A DNA stretch of 64,000 nt from a virus. The first letter of the stretch is position 1. Each line of letters starts with the position of its first letter. This document shows positions 46,322-55,862 of the stretch, piece by piece. The stretch lies in the IMG/VR virus record IMGVR_UViG_3300027370_000003, positions 9,436-73,435 of that record; one strand, written 5' to 3'. A program made the position numbers and the translations under genes. The notes below the pieces were generated by a model. That model ran no database searches. It saw only the letters and a program-made list of their open reading frames with translations, and was not told where the DNA came from.

Positions 46322-47035
46322 ATGGACATCGCTGATCCGACGAACGTCGTCGCGCCCGCCTATCTCGGGGCAATGTGGTTCGATGCCGCTTCGAACGTGT
46401 TCTACCAGGCGCGCGGGCTCACCGCGGCGGACTGGCGGTTCGTCCCGCCGGCGGACATGGTCGGGTCGTTCGTCAAGATTTACGACCAGTTCTACGGCAT
46501 CCCCGAAGACGACCCCAAGAACGCCGATGCCGCGACCAGATACGGCGATGCCAAACTGGTCCGGGACACGATGGCGCTGTCCGGCGTCGAGGTCCTCGGG
46601 CTCGGCGGTCTTCGCTGGCGCGCGGCAAACGGGACCGATGTTTTCATGGTCCGGCTGCGGTTCCGCAAGGTCAACGGATTCATGCTGTTCGCCGGCTTTG
46701 CCAAGGAGGCGCGGGCCTACGCGATGCCGGAGGGCGTCGGGTTCGAGATGTCGAATGGGTTCTTGCGGTTTGCCAGCAATAGTCGGGAAGTCTATCCAGG
46801 GGAGATCGTCGTGTTGCGCATTGAAGCGGAGCATTGGGCCGCTAAGGCGTTTGTCAATGATGATCCGCTCGGTGAGATTTCGATCGAATCATTGCCGCCG
46901 ACTCCGGTCGTCGCACTCCTCGACATCGGCCCGGGCCCGCGGCCGGTGGCGCCGGGATACGAGCACGCGCTCAAGCGGAATGTGGAGCGATTACCAGTTT
47001 CGGTGGTCAATGTCGGCGCACCGCTGAAAGCCTGA
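46322..47035 (+). CDS. hypothetical protein
   Basis: P.YLGAMWFD...Y.A.G...DW N-terminal motif seen in tail-associated proteins; start uncertain (ORF opens at 46274). Confidence 0.6.
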   Translation: MDIADPTNVVAPAYLGAMWFDAASNVFYQARGLTAADWRFVPPADMVGSFVKIYDQFYGIPEDDPKNADAATRYGDAKLVRDTMALSGVEVLGLGGLRWRAANGTDVFMVRLRFRKVNGFMLFAGFAKEARAYAMPEGVGFEMSNGFLRFASNSREVYPGEIVVLRIEAEHWAAKAFVNDDPLGEISIESLPPTPVVALLDIGPGPRPVAPGYEHALKRNVERLPVSVVNVGAPLKA

Positions 47036-47069
47036 ATCAAGCGCCGACCTTTTTCGGAGATAGAACCCG

Positions 47070-47219
47070 ATGAGCGACTCCAAAACGGAAGTGAAGGAAC
47101 TAATCGCCAAGGCGGCTAAGGCCGAGAGGCCTGACGACGCCATGAAGTTTGCCCAGGCGGCTCTCAATGCGGCGAATGCCTTATGCTCGCTGGGCGAGGC
47201 TAAGGGCACCGGATTTTAG
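47070..47219 (+). CDS. 49-aa helical phage protein
   Basis: MSDSKTEVKELIAKAAKAERPDDAMKFAQAALNAANAL; GGAGA upstream. Confidence 0.65.
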   Translation: MSDSKTEVKELIAKAAKAERPDDAMKFAQAALNAANALCSLGEAKGTGF

Positions 47220-47225
47220 AAAAAT

Positions 47226-47258
47226 GGGGCCGCGTCCTCACGGCGCGGCCCCGCATTT
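47226..47258 (+). terminator. GC hairpin, probable terminator
   Basis: GGGGCCGCG-N9-CGCGGCCCC, with A-run before and ATTT after. Confidence 0.55.
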
Positions 47259-47279
47259 AACCGCCGACAGAGGACCAAA

Positions 47280-48224
47280 ATGATCCAGCACGGCATCAAG
47301 CGCCGGATGGTCATAGCCGTCCCGGCATGGGGGGATTACGTCAAGGTCTTCCTCGGCCCCGTTTTGCGCAGCCACAGGGCGGCCATAGCCGAGCTTCAGC
47401 GCGAGACGGGCGGGACGGTCGATATTCGGTACGTCGTGATGACGGACGCGCCAGAGGCCGTCTCTAGGGCGCTGGGGGGCTATCCGCTGACCCTCGTCCC
47501 GCTGCCCACCTCGTCCGGCCTCGTCTTCCAAACCCTATGCGACGGCCACCGGGAGGCCATAGAGGCGGCCCGGGAGGGTGACCGGGTCGTTCTCCTCAAT
47601 GCCGACATCATGGTCTCGACGGGCGCCTTCGCGGCCATCGAGCGCGCCTTCCGGCGGGGCAAGAAGGCCGTGGTCTGCGGCGGGACGCGGACGCTGCTCC
47701 GCCCTTGGCACCGGTATCCTCCGCCGCTGCCTGGGCGCGCGCTCGCCTGGTGGGCGTACCAGCACGCGCACCCGATTACGAAACTGATGTTTTGGGGCAC
47801 CGGCACGACCGGCTATCCGTGCACGGTCTATTTCAGGAAGGGTGACAACGTCGTGCTGCGAGGTTTTCACATCCACCCGATCGCCATCGTCAAGGACCGG
47901 GATCTTCCGTTCTCAGGCTCGATCGACCTCAACCTGATGGACAACTACCGCTTCGAGGAGACGCATCTCGTGACCGATTCGGCTGAACTCGCCATCGCCG
48001 AAATCTCCGCCGAGTGGAAGAAGCACGACGATTCGGGGAGACCTTTCGATGTCGCGACGATCACGGAGTGGGCAATCAGGGGCGCGCGATCAAGCCACTG
48101 GTGGAATTTCCGCCATCGTATTATCATCGCCGGAGATGCAACGGCCGACGCAGGGGACACGGCGGTCGCCGAGGAAGTTCTAAGGCTCTGTCCCTATACC
48201 GCTGCCCTTGAGGCGGCGCTCTGA
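47280..48224 (+). CDS. glycosyltransferase-like protein, paralogue of 34363-35268
   Basis: VIAVPAWG, MTD, HREAI, LLNAD, WGTG, FHIHPIAIVKDR. Confidence 0.6.
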   Translation: MIQHGIKRRMVIAVPAWGDYVKVFLGPVLRSHRAAIAELQRETGGTVDIRYVVMTDAPEAVSRALGGYPLTLVPLPTSSGLVFQTLCDGHREAIEAAREGDRVVLLNADIMVSTGAFAAIERAFRRGKKAVVCGGTRTLLRPWHRYPPPLPGRALAWWAYQHAHPITKLMFWGTGTTGYPCTVYFRKGDNVVLRGFHIHPIAIVKDRDLPFSGSIDLNLMDNYRFEETHLVTDSAELAIAEISAEWKKHDDSGRPFDVATITEWAIRGARSSHWWNFRHRIIIAGDATADAGDTAVAEEVLRLCPYTAALEAAL

Positions 48225-48242
48225 CACAGAGGAACTGCCGCT

Positions 48243-48542
48243 ATGCCCCAAGGTCCCATTCAGGTCATCGACTTTGCCGACGGCACGAAAACCGCCCTCA
48301 ACGTTAACCAGCCGATTGCGCTATCCGGCAGAATGCTCGCCAGCATCAACGTGGTCACGGCCGGGACCGGCGTCGGCACGATCTACGACTCGGCATCGAC
48401 GGCGAACTGCACCACGGCGAACGCGGTCTGCCCGATTCCGGACACGGCCGGCGGGACCACGGTTGCTCTCGGCATTCCCGTTCAGAACGGCATCGCCATC
48501 CAGCCCGGCGCGGGGCAGATGCTCACGGTGGTCTACCGCTGA
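48243..48542 (+). CDS. small beta-rich virion protein, paralogue of 42591-42881
   Basis: LNVNQP...IYDS...GIAIQPGAGQMLTVVY. Confidence 0.7.
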   Translation: MPQGPIQVIDFADGTKTALNVNQPIALSGRMLASINVVTAGTGVGTIYDSASTANCTTANAVCPIPDTAGGTTVALGIPVQNGIAIQPGAGQMLTVVYR

Positions 48543-48580
48543 TCCGCGGCTTCTGATTCGCCCTCGAAGGGAAGGCCGCC

Positions 48581-50227
48581 ATGACAAATCCCATAGTCAG
48601 CGTAAGCGTGAGCGTACAAATCGCGCCGGCGCCATCGACGCTGCAAAAGCAGGGTGCCTTCATCTCGCAAGGATCGACGAACACGTCCCCGGGGACGATG
48701 TCGCTGCTGACGCAGTATTCGGGGCTCGCGTCCTTGCTCAAGGGCGCGCTGGCAATCTCTTCGCTGACCTACGCCGGCGGCACGATCACGGCGATCACGG
48801 CGACCCCGCACGGTTTTGCTATCGGCGACACGATCGAACTGACGATCGCGGCGGCGGCTCCTTCCGGCTACAACGGCACGTTCCTCTGCCAGATCACCGG
48901 CACGTCGTCCTTCGCTTACGTCGTTCCGTCGAACCCCGGCGCCAACACCGCGCCCGGAACTTACACCGAGGAAGACGTCGCCGAACTCGTCGCGATGGCG
49001 ACCACGTTCTTCGCCCAAGGTTCCGCGCAGGCAGTCTCCATCCTCGAGCTTGGGCCCGGCAACGCCTCCGACGGCGTGACCTTCCTGACGGCTTGGATCG
49101 CGGCGAATCCCGGCACGTTCTATTCCTTTCTTGTTCCTCGCTACTGGGATGGCAACGCCTCGTTCCTGGCGATGCTCGGCAACTTCAATGCCACGACGGC
49201 AAAACTCTACTTCTTCGTCACGACGACGCTTGCCACCTACGGCCTCTACACGTCGCTCCAGAAGTGCTGCGTGCCGCTGATCGAGGCGCCGGCCTACGGC
49301 GCGTGGGCGGCGAACGCTCTCACAGCGCTTTCCTTCAGCGCCGGGTCCGGGGCGGGCAACGTCACCGCGACGACCACAACGGCTCACGGCGTCCTACCGG
49401 GGCAGTATTTCACGATCTCGGGATGCATCCCGGCCGCCTACAACGGGACCTTCCTGGCGTTGCCCGGCACGACCGGAAGCACGCTGGTCTACGCGGTGGC
49501 CTCGAACCCCGGACCGGAGACGACGCTCGGCACGCTCGTTGCCAGCCAGTACACGTCGGGCGGAATCCCGGTCACCGAGTTCAGCCTCGCGGCGGTCTTC
49601 TGGGTGACGCTGAACTACAGCCCGTCGTCGACGAACAAGGTGACGCAACTCAACCAAGCCTTCGTGGTTGGGGTGACGCCGTTCCCGTTGCAGGGCAACG
49701 CGGCACTGCTGACGACGCTCAACGGCGCGGCGATCAACGTGATCGGAACCGGCGCGCAGGGCGGCATCTCGAACACGCTGGTCCAGGGCGGATTCACCAA
49801 GGACGGGAATCCGTTCAAGTACTGGTATTCGATCGACTGGGTACAGATAAACCTCGCCCAAGCCGTCACCGCGGCGATCATCAACGGCGCGAACAATCCG
49901 CAAAACCCGGTCGATTACAATCAAGCCGGCGTCAACGTCCTGCAGCAAGCGGCCGTCAACACGATGAACACCGGCATCGGCGACGGCCTCGTTCTCTATC
50001 CGACCAAGGGAACGACACTGAGCGCACCTGCTTTCCAAGCCGCGCTCGACGCCGGGACCTACAACACGAACACGCTGGTCAACGCTGATCCGTTCGCGAG
50101 CTACGTGGTCGAGAACCCGAACGATTACGGGCTCGGGCGCTACAACGGCATCTCCGTGATTTACACGCCGCTGCGGGGATTCCAGACGGTGCTTATCAAC
50201 GTCGTGGTGTCGAACTTCGCGGGATGA
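48581..50227 (+). CDS. tail sheath protein (DUF3383-like) with two inserted beta-modules
   Basis: IVSVSVSVQIAP...WYSIDWVQINL...YNQAGV; position before tube. Confidence 0.88.
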   Translation: MTNPIVSVSVSVQIAPAPSTLQKQGAFISQGSTNTSPGTMSLLTQYSGLASLLKGALAISSLTYAGGTITAITATPHGFAIGDTIELTIAAAAPSGYNGTFLCQITGTSSFAYVVPSNPGANTAPGTYTEEDVAELVAMATTFFAQGSAQAVSILELGPGNASDGVTFLTAWIAANPGTFYSFLVPRYWDGNASFLAMLGNFNATTAKLYFFVTTTLATYGLYTSLQKCCVPLIEAPAYGAWAANALTALSFSAGSGAGNVTATTTTAHGVLPGQYFTISGCIPAAYNGTFLALPGTTGSTLVYAVASNPGPETTLGTLVASQYTSGGIPVTEFSLAAVFWVTLNYSPSSTNKVTQLNQAFVVGVTPFPLQGNAALLTTLNGAAINVIGTGAQGGISNTLVQGGFTKDGNPFKYWYSIDWVQINLAQAVTAAIINGANNPQNPVDYNQAGVNVLQQAAVNTMNTGIGDGLVLYPTKGTTLSAPAFQAALDAGTYNTNTLVNADPFASYVVENPNDYGLGRYNGISVIYTPLRGFQTVLINVVVSNFAG

Positions 50228-50238
50228 GGAACTGAAAC

Positions 50239-50688
50239 ATGGCCGGTCCAGGAAATCCCCTCGTCGCGCAAGGTGTTTTGAACCGGATTCGCGGCTCAGT
50301 CGTCTGGGCAAACTTCTCTGCGCTGAACGTCACGGCGCCTTATCTCGACAAGGAAGGTATTAACCTTCGGCTCGAAGGTGAGATGTCGATGCAGCACGGC
50401 ACGATGTCGGGTATCGTGCAATCGCCCGAACCATACGTTCCAGTGTCGGTCGTCATCGCCCTGTTGAAGACGCAGGCGCTATCCGATTCCTATAAGACGC
50501 AGTTCGAAGCAAACGCAGTGCTCGGCCCAGGAACCGTCTGGCCGGACGTTTCGACTGGATTGTCGCAGTTCAACCTGCACAACATGTCGATCCAGAGCGT
50601 CGGAGACCTTCTCTTCAACGGCACCACGCCGATTTTTGCTGTGACCTGCCGCGGGTTCTACTTGGTAAATTCGTCCATCTGGAATTAA
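50239..50688 (+). CDS. tail tube protein
   Basis: 149 aa after sheath; QGVLNRIRGSV...SPEPY...LLKTQAL. Confidence 0.8.
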   Translation: MAGPGNPLVAQGVLNRIRGSVVWANFSALNVTAPYLDKEGINLRLEGEMSMQHGTMSGIVQSPEPYVPVSVVIALLKTQALSDSYKTQFEANAVLGPGTVWPDVSTGLSQFNLHNMSIQSVGDLLFNGTTPIFAVTCRGFYLVNSSIWN

Positions 50689-50720
50689 ATCGTCGTCAAG
50701 TAGTCAACAGGGGCATTACT

Positions 50721-51425
50721 TTGCGCATCGACCGCCGCTTGAATCTCATTGTGCCGATCTACGGCGAGGAGGTGCCGCGGCGCGACGCCTCCGGCGCCAT
50801 CGTCATGGCAGACGGCGAGCCGGTAATGGATCAGCCGGTGATCGCCCATGTTCACTCGATACCGTTATCGACCGATGTGGTTGATCGGTACTTCATGATT
50901 CTCGGACAGACCTACACGACGATTTTCACGCAAGGACTCGGCATTGTTGGGGGACCACCCTTCGCGATGCGAATCCTCAAGATGCTCGCGACACAGCAGA
51001 AGATTTGGGAAGACGATCCCCAATCCGGGCTGGTCGGCGTCAAGCACGGTGTGATCGACGAAATGATAAGATTGACGACCGTTGCCGTTCCAGAGGGCAA
51101 TGGCTGGATGGGCGTTCCGCTCGACATTGCTGTGGGTCGCAATTTCATCACGGCGGAGGACAAGGCGGAGGTCGAGAACGCCATCGTTTTTTTTATTGTC
51201 GGTTCGGCGACGCTGCCTCTCGCGCAGCGCAAGGCGGTACTGATAGCCGCAGCAAATGCGTCGGGTGCTCAAATATCGCCGTTGAGCTTTACGGAGTTCA
51301 CGGATTCCTTGAAGACGTCGACCGGGATCGTCAGTTCTGGCGAGAAGTCCCCTGCTCCTGCTCCCGCCGCGCCCGGACCTGCGAATGCGATGGTGGACGG
51401 GAAACCTGTATCGGTGCCAGTTTAA
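50721..51425 (+). CDS. tail assembly chaperone, with -1 frame extension to 51547
   Basis: Between tube and tape measure; T8 run at 51187-51194; open -1 frame 51005-51547. Confidence 0.7.
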   Translation: MRIDRRLNLIVPIYGEEVPRRDASGAIVMADGEPVMDQPVIAHVHSIPLSTDVVDRYFMILGQTYTTIFTQGLGIVGGPPFAMRILKMLATQQKIWEDDPQSGLVGVKHGVIDEMIRLTTVAVPEGNGWMGVPLDIAVGRNFITAEDKAEVENAIVFFIVGSATLPLAQRKAVLIAAANASGAQISPLSFTEFTDSLKTSTGIVSSGEKSPAPAPAAPGPANAMVDGKPVSVPV

Positions 51426-51548
51426 GCTACGCCGCCGGAGAGGGCTTCGCGGAGTTCGTCGGCGACGTCGAGGGCTTCCGCTACGCGACCGCGGCGGAGT
51501 GGCGTGATAGGCTGCTCCTCGCCCTCCTGATGAAGAAGGCGCCGTGAC

Positions 51549-53222
51549 GTGACTGTAAAATCGATCATCGATGTGGATTTGAACGATGCCAAGTTCATGG
51601 CGTTCAAAAAGCTGCACGACCAATACACGGCCGCGCTCGCGAAGGCGCCAGCCCAATGGTCGATGGTCAATGCTGCAATCGGGAAGACCACAGAGTCGAC
51701 GCGCAAGCAGTTGACCGTAACGCGCCAACTCGCGGCGGAGGCGGCGAAGGTCCCGGCGTCGCTCGAAGCCGCTGTCGTGAAGTGGACAGCAATCGACCGA
51801 ATCACCCGGAACGTCGCGGGGACGGTCGGCTCGATCGCGCAGTCGATCTTCCGCATCGGGGCGGTGACCGGTGTGGTTGGGGGTTTGTTAGGGCTGGGAG
51901 GCCTCTTCGGCATTGATCGGATGGCCTACGGCGCTGCGGCGGGGCGGCGATCATCGCTCGGCCTAGGCCTCGGCTACGGCTCACAGCAGTCCTTCGGCGC
52001 GAACTTCGGCCGGCTGGTCGACCCCGAGTCGTTCCTGTCCGCCGTCGCCGGAGCGAAGTTCGACGTCAACCAGCGGGTCGGCCTCCTCGGCGCCGGGCTG
52101 ACGCAGGGAGACTTGGCTGGCGATACGGCGCAGACCGCCGTCGCCTTGCTGCAGAACCTCAAGCGGATCGCCGACACGACGAACCCGGTGCTATTCGGCC
52201 AGGTCATCGGTGCCCGCCGCTTGGGGCAGTTCGTCTCCCCGGAAGACCTGGAACGGCTCCGCAACACGTCGCCGCAGGAGTTTCAGCAGCTCCTCCGCGG
52301 CTACCAGACCAACGTCGGGAAAAACAACGTTCCGGGAGACGTCCTGAAGGGTTGGCAGGACTTCACGACGCAGCTTCAGAACGCCGGAAACTCGATCTTC
52401 AACACGTTCGTTCGGGGACTTTCCCCTCTCGCCCCGGGACTGACGCGGCTGTCCGACGCGGCGGAAAAGACGATCCACAGCTTCATGGCGTCGCCGGCTC
52501 TCGGGGATTGGATCAAGAAGGTCGACGTCGGGCTCGAGAAGTTCGCCGGCTACGTTGGCACGCCGGAGTTTCAGAAGAACGTCGAATCGTTCGTCGAGGG
52601 GCTTTCGAAGCTCGCGTCGACGGTATGGCGATTCGTCCAATGGTTCGGCGGCGGGACGGGCGGTGCGCACGTCGCAGACCGCGCCAAATGGGCGCGGCTT
52701 CACGGTATGGGCCTCGAAACGTCAGGGGAGATGCGCGCGCGCCGGGCGGCCGGAACGGAAACCGCGCTCGGGCAACTCGGCCGCATCTTCGGGATCGGCG
52801 GCGGCACGATGACGATGGACCAGCTTATGGGCGTGGTCCGCAAATCCGAGGCGAGCGGCGACCAAGCAGTCAGCCCGAAGGGCGCGATCGGCCGTTACCA
52901 GATCATGCCGGGGACCGGGGCGATGTACGGTGCAACTCCGCAGCAGCTTATGGACCCGGCGACGAACGAGGCGGTGGCGCGAAAATATCTCGCCTCGCTT
53001 GTCCAAAAGTACCACGGCGACACGCAGAAGGTTCTCGCGGCCTATAACTCAGGACCGGGGCGAGAGGATGCTGTCCTTGCCGGCAAGCAGAGAATGCCGA
53101 ACGAAACCGCTCGATATGTCGACCGTGCAAAAGGTCTTGACGGCTACGCGCCCACGGTGGTGACCATCGAGAACAAGGCCGGCGCCGATGTCGCGGTGTC
53201 GATTAACGGATTGAAAAACTAA
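51549..53222 (+). CDS. tape measure protein with C-terminal lytic transglycosylase (SLT)
   Basis: SEASG...SPKGAIGRYQIMPGT...DP..N...YL...ALA-type AYNSGPG. Confidence 0.92.
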   Translation: MTVKSIIDVDLNDAKFMAFKKLHDQYTAALAKAPAQWSMVNAAIGKTTESTRKQLTVTRQLAAEAAKVPASLEAAVVKWTAIDRITRNVAGTVGSIAQSIFRIGAVTGVVGGLLGLGGLFGIDRMAYGAAAGRRSSLGLGLGYGSQQSFGANFGRLVDPESFLSAVAGAKFDVNQRVGLLGAGLTQGDLAGDTAQTAVALLQNLKRIADTTNPVLFGQVIGARRLGQFVSPEDLERLRNTSPQEFQQLLRGYQTNVGKNNVPGDVLKGWQDFTTQLQNAGNSIFNTFVRGLSPLAPGLTRLSDAAEKTIHSFMASPALGDWIKKVDVGLEKFAGYVGTPEFQKNVESFVEGLSKLASTVWRFVQWFGGGTGGAHVADRAKWARLHGMGLETSGEMRARRAAGTETALGQLGRIFGIGGGTMTMDQLMGVVRKSEASGDQAVSPKGAIGRYQIMPGTGAMYGATPQQLMDPATNEAVARKYLASLVQKYHGDTQKVLAAYNSGPGREDAVLAGKQRMPNETARYVDRAKGLDGYAPTVVTIENKAGADVAVSINGLKN

Positions 53223-53223
53223 A

Positions 53224-53964
53224 ATGGGCATATCCGCCGGTTATGACGCATTTCGATTATCGTTCGAAATTTGCCCACTGATTCTCACAGGTGGCATCGC
53301 AACGCTGATTCCCGGCGGCGCCCTTCCAATAATTTCAATTACGGAGAGCCTGAATTTTGTCGATGGACTTTTGTCCGGCGGCGATGACCTCGACCTCGAC
53401 GACTTCTTCGCGCACTTCGTCCCGATGCCCGGGTCATCTCTGATCGACCAGCAGGTCGCGAAGTATCCGCTGGCGAACCAGACCGTGGCGGCGAACGCGG
53501 TGATCACGCAACCGCTCACGATCTCGATGAGGATGATCTGCCCCGCCAAAGGTCCGGGAGGTTACGCGACGAAGCTCGCGACGATCATGGCGCTGCAGGC
53601 GGTTTTGAAGCAGCACAACGCCTCCGGGGGAACGTACATCGTCGCGACGCCGTCCTACTTTTACACGAACTGCCTCATGGTCGGGATGAAGGACACGTCG
53701 AACAGCGGCAGCGCGCAGGCGCAGAACACCTATCAACTCGATTTCGAGCAGCCGCTTTTGACGCTCGCGGCCGCGCAGGCGGCGCAAAATAATCTGATGT
53801 CGCAGATCACGTCGGGCGTTCCGATCAGCGGAGTGCCAGCGTGGAGCGGTCTCGGACCGCCGACCGGAAATCCACAAAGCCTCGCGGCAGTCGGAACTAT
53901 TCCAGCGGCGTCCAATACCGCAGGAACCGGCGTCGGTGTGCCGCTGATCGGGGGCGGCCAGTGA
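53224..53964 (+). CDS. tail/baseplate initiator protein
   Basis: FRLSFEICPLILTGGIA...YP.ANQ.VAANA.I.QPL..SMRM. Confidence 0.7.
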   Translation: MGISAGYDAFRLSFEICPLILTGGIATLIPGGALPIISITESLNFVDGLLSGGDDLDLDDFFAHFVPMPGSSLIDQQVAKYPLANQTVAANAVITQPLTISMRMICPAKGPGGYATKLATIMALQAVLKQHNASGGTYIVATPSYFYTNCLMVGMKDTSNSGSAQAQNTYQLDFEQPLLTLAAAQAAQNNLMSQITSGVPISGVPAWSGLGPPTGNPQSLAAVGTIPAASNTAGTGVGVPLIGGGQ

Positions 53965-54470
53965 CAACGATAATCAACTTTGCCCCATCGGCGGTTCAGC
54001 CGTTCCAGTTCAGCCCGACGCTCGACGGGCAGCAGTACAACGCGATCATCACTTGGAACATCTTCCGCGGGCCGAACAACGCGACTTTCGGTTTTTATTT
54101 GAATTTGTACGATTTGAGCGGAAATTTGATCGTGTCTCGCGCGCTTTCCGGATCAGCCATCGGCCTCAATTTGCAGGCGCTCACATGGTCGAACGGAATT
54201 GCAACTGCGGTGACAGTTACCCCTCACAATTATAAAATCGGCAAATCGATTCCGCTCGCGATAGCTGGCGCAGTTCCCGATGGCTTCAATGGCGTCGCGC
54301 AGTGCTACATCATCAGCCCGACGAGTTTCACCTTCGCGCTCGCGACAAATCCAGGAGCGGCGACTGCATTCGGCTCGGCAAGTTACAATATAAATTTGGT
54401 GGGCGGATATTTTTTAACGTCGAGTCTCGTTTTCAGGACTCAGAACAGACAATTTGAGGTCAGTCCGTAG
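53961..54470 (+). CDS. baseplate protein with inserted beta-module
   Basis: FQFSPTLDGQQY...WN...YLNLYD; NLVGGYF..S.LVFR. Confidence 0.7.
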   Translation: MTTIINFAPSAVQPFQFSPTLDGQQYNAIITWNIFRGPNNATFGFYLNLYDLSGNLIVSRALSGSAIGLNLQALTWSNGIATAVTVTPHNYKIGKSIPLAIAGAVPDGFNGVAQCYIISPTSFTFALATNPGAATAFGSASYNINLVGGYFLTSSLVFRTQNRQFEVSP

Positions 54471-54714
54471 ATTCAGGCTTTGGCCAGTTCGGATATTTTT
54501 CGCGGTCTATAACCGGTCGAGTTACAGCCCAAATTTTTTCTGGATGGTCAGGCCACTTCTCATACCGGAAGTGATAGTCCATCAGGAGCGCGAATTGAAC
54601 TTCTGGCGGCGTATCGTGCCATGATAATTTTCCGACTAAAACGACGGCTGGCATTTCCTTGCCAATGCATTCTGGGTCGAAGGTGATTTGGCCGATCATT
54701 GAGAACATTGTCAT
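54460..54714 (-). CDS. antisense moron, hypothetical protein
   Basis: CAACAGGGAG 54734-54725 before ATG; A/T-richer; sits between baseplate genes. Confidence 0.65.
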   Translation of the reverse strand: MTMFSMIGQITFDPECIGKEMPAVVLVGKLSWHDTPPEVQFALLMDYHFRYEKWPDHPEKIWAVTRPVIDREKYPNWPKPESTD

Positions 54715-54780
54715 AGGCGTGAATCTCCCTGTTGACCATGCTAGGATAGGCTCGAAGCCGTCGAGGGGCTAGAGGCCAAA

Positions 54781-55851
54781 TTGCGTTACTATTCCATCAA
54801 GATCACGAATCCGAGCAACGGGCAACTCATTCAACCGCCTGGATTTCAAGGGCTTTTGGGGGACCAAACCTACGGATCGTTCGTGAACGGCCAATCGCTC
54901 CCGGAGGCATGGGATTTCACCTGCGATATTCCGATCATCGATGCCGCAACTTCACAGGGATTCGGGCTCGCTACGGTTTGGGGAATCAGCAATGCCGAAA
55001 TCAGCCAATCGAACAATCTGAACGGCATGAATATTGCGGTTTATGGTGGGATGATGAAAGGCCTGCCTTTAGCAAATCCGGCGCAGTCCGGGCTTCTCGT
55101 TCAGGGTTCGATCCTTCAGTGCTATGGCAACAATATCGGCGTCGACCGGACATTGGATTTTGTCATCAGCCCAGTTCTGGCGACCACGGATAATCCCGGC
55201 GGCCTCGGCACGCTGGCGAAGCCGAAAAACATTGTCCTCAACTGGAAGGCCGGACAGACACTCGCGACCGCGTTGGCAACAACGCTCTCGACCGCTTTCC
55301 CTTCCGTGCAGCAAAGTATCGCTATTTCGAACAACCTCGTTCGGGCGAGCGATGATGTCAGTTTTTTCCCGACGCTCGAACAGCTTGCGCAATACTGCCG
55401 CCGGGTCAGTTTCGACATCGTCAAAACGTCCGGCTATGCGGGCGTGAGCATCGTCCCGTTCAATGGGACGCTTGCCGTCTACGACGGGAGTGCCGCGCAG
55501 ACTCAGACGACGCAGATTGCCTTTCAGGACTTAATCGGACAGCCAACGTGGTTGGATGGTGGCGTCATTCAGTTCAAGACGGTGATGAGGGCTGATCTAA
55601 ACCTCACGTCCAACAAAGGAATTATGCTGCCGCAAACGCAGATCATCAACACGTCGCAGGCCAATTCCAATATCATCAACCAGAAACTCACGTTTCAAGG
55701 CGGCTTCGACATCATCAGCGCGCGGCATGTGGGGCACTTTCGGCAACCTTCCGCCGATGCTTGGGTCAGCATTTTTGAGGCGGCGCCGCGCCAACAAGTC
55801 GGAGCGTCGCCTACGCTTGATACGACGACCAGCGCCGGTGCGATTCGTTAA
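54781..55851 (+). CDS. baseplate hub protein
   Basis: MRYYSIKI...GGM.KGLPLANP.Q.G...DLIGQPTW...MRADL. Confidence 0.8.
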   Translation: MRYYSIKITNPSNGQLIQPPGFQGLLGDQTYGSFVNGQSLPEAWDFTCDIPIIDAATSQGFGLATVWGISNAEISQSNNLNGMNIAVYGGMMKGLPLANPAQSGLLVQGSILQCYGNNIGVDRTLDFVISPVLATTDNPGGLGTLAKPKNIVLNWKAGQTLATALATTLSTAFPSVQQSIAISNNLVRASDDVSFFPTLEQLAQYCRRVSFDIVKTSGYAGVSIVPFNGTLAVYDGSAAQTQTTQIAFQDLIGQPTWLDGGVIQFKTVMRADLNLTSNKGIMLPQTQIINTSQANSNIINQKLTFQGGFDIISARHVGHFRQPSADAWVSIFEAAPRQQVGASPTLDTTTSAGAIR

Positions 55852-55862
55852 AGGAAAATGCC

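Noticed and set aside
51397-51403. GGGAAAC slippery heptamer at the end of the tail chaperone
   Set aside because: Read as GGG AAA C in the chaperone frame, not G GGA AAC, so it is out of register for canonical -1 slippage.
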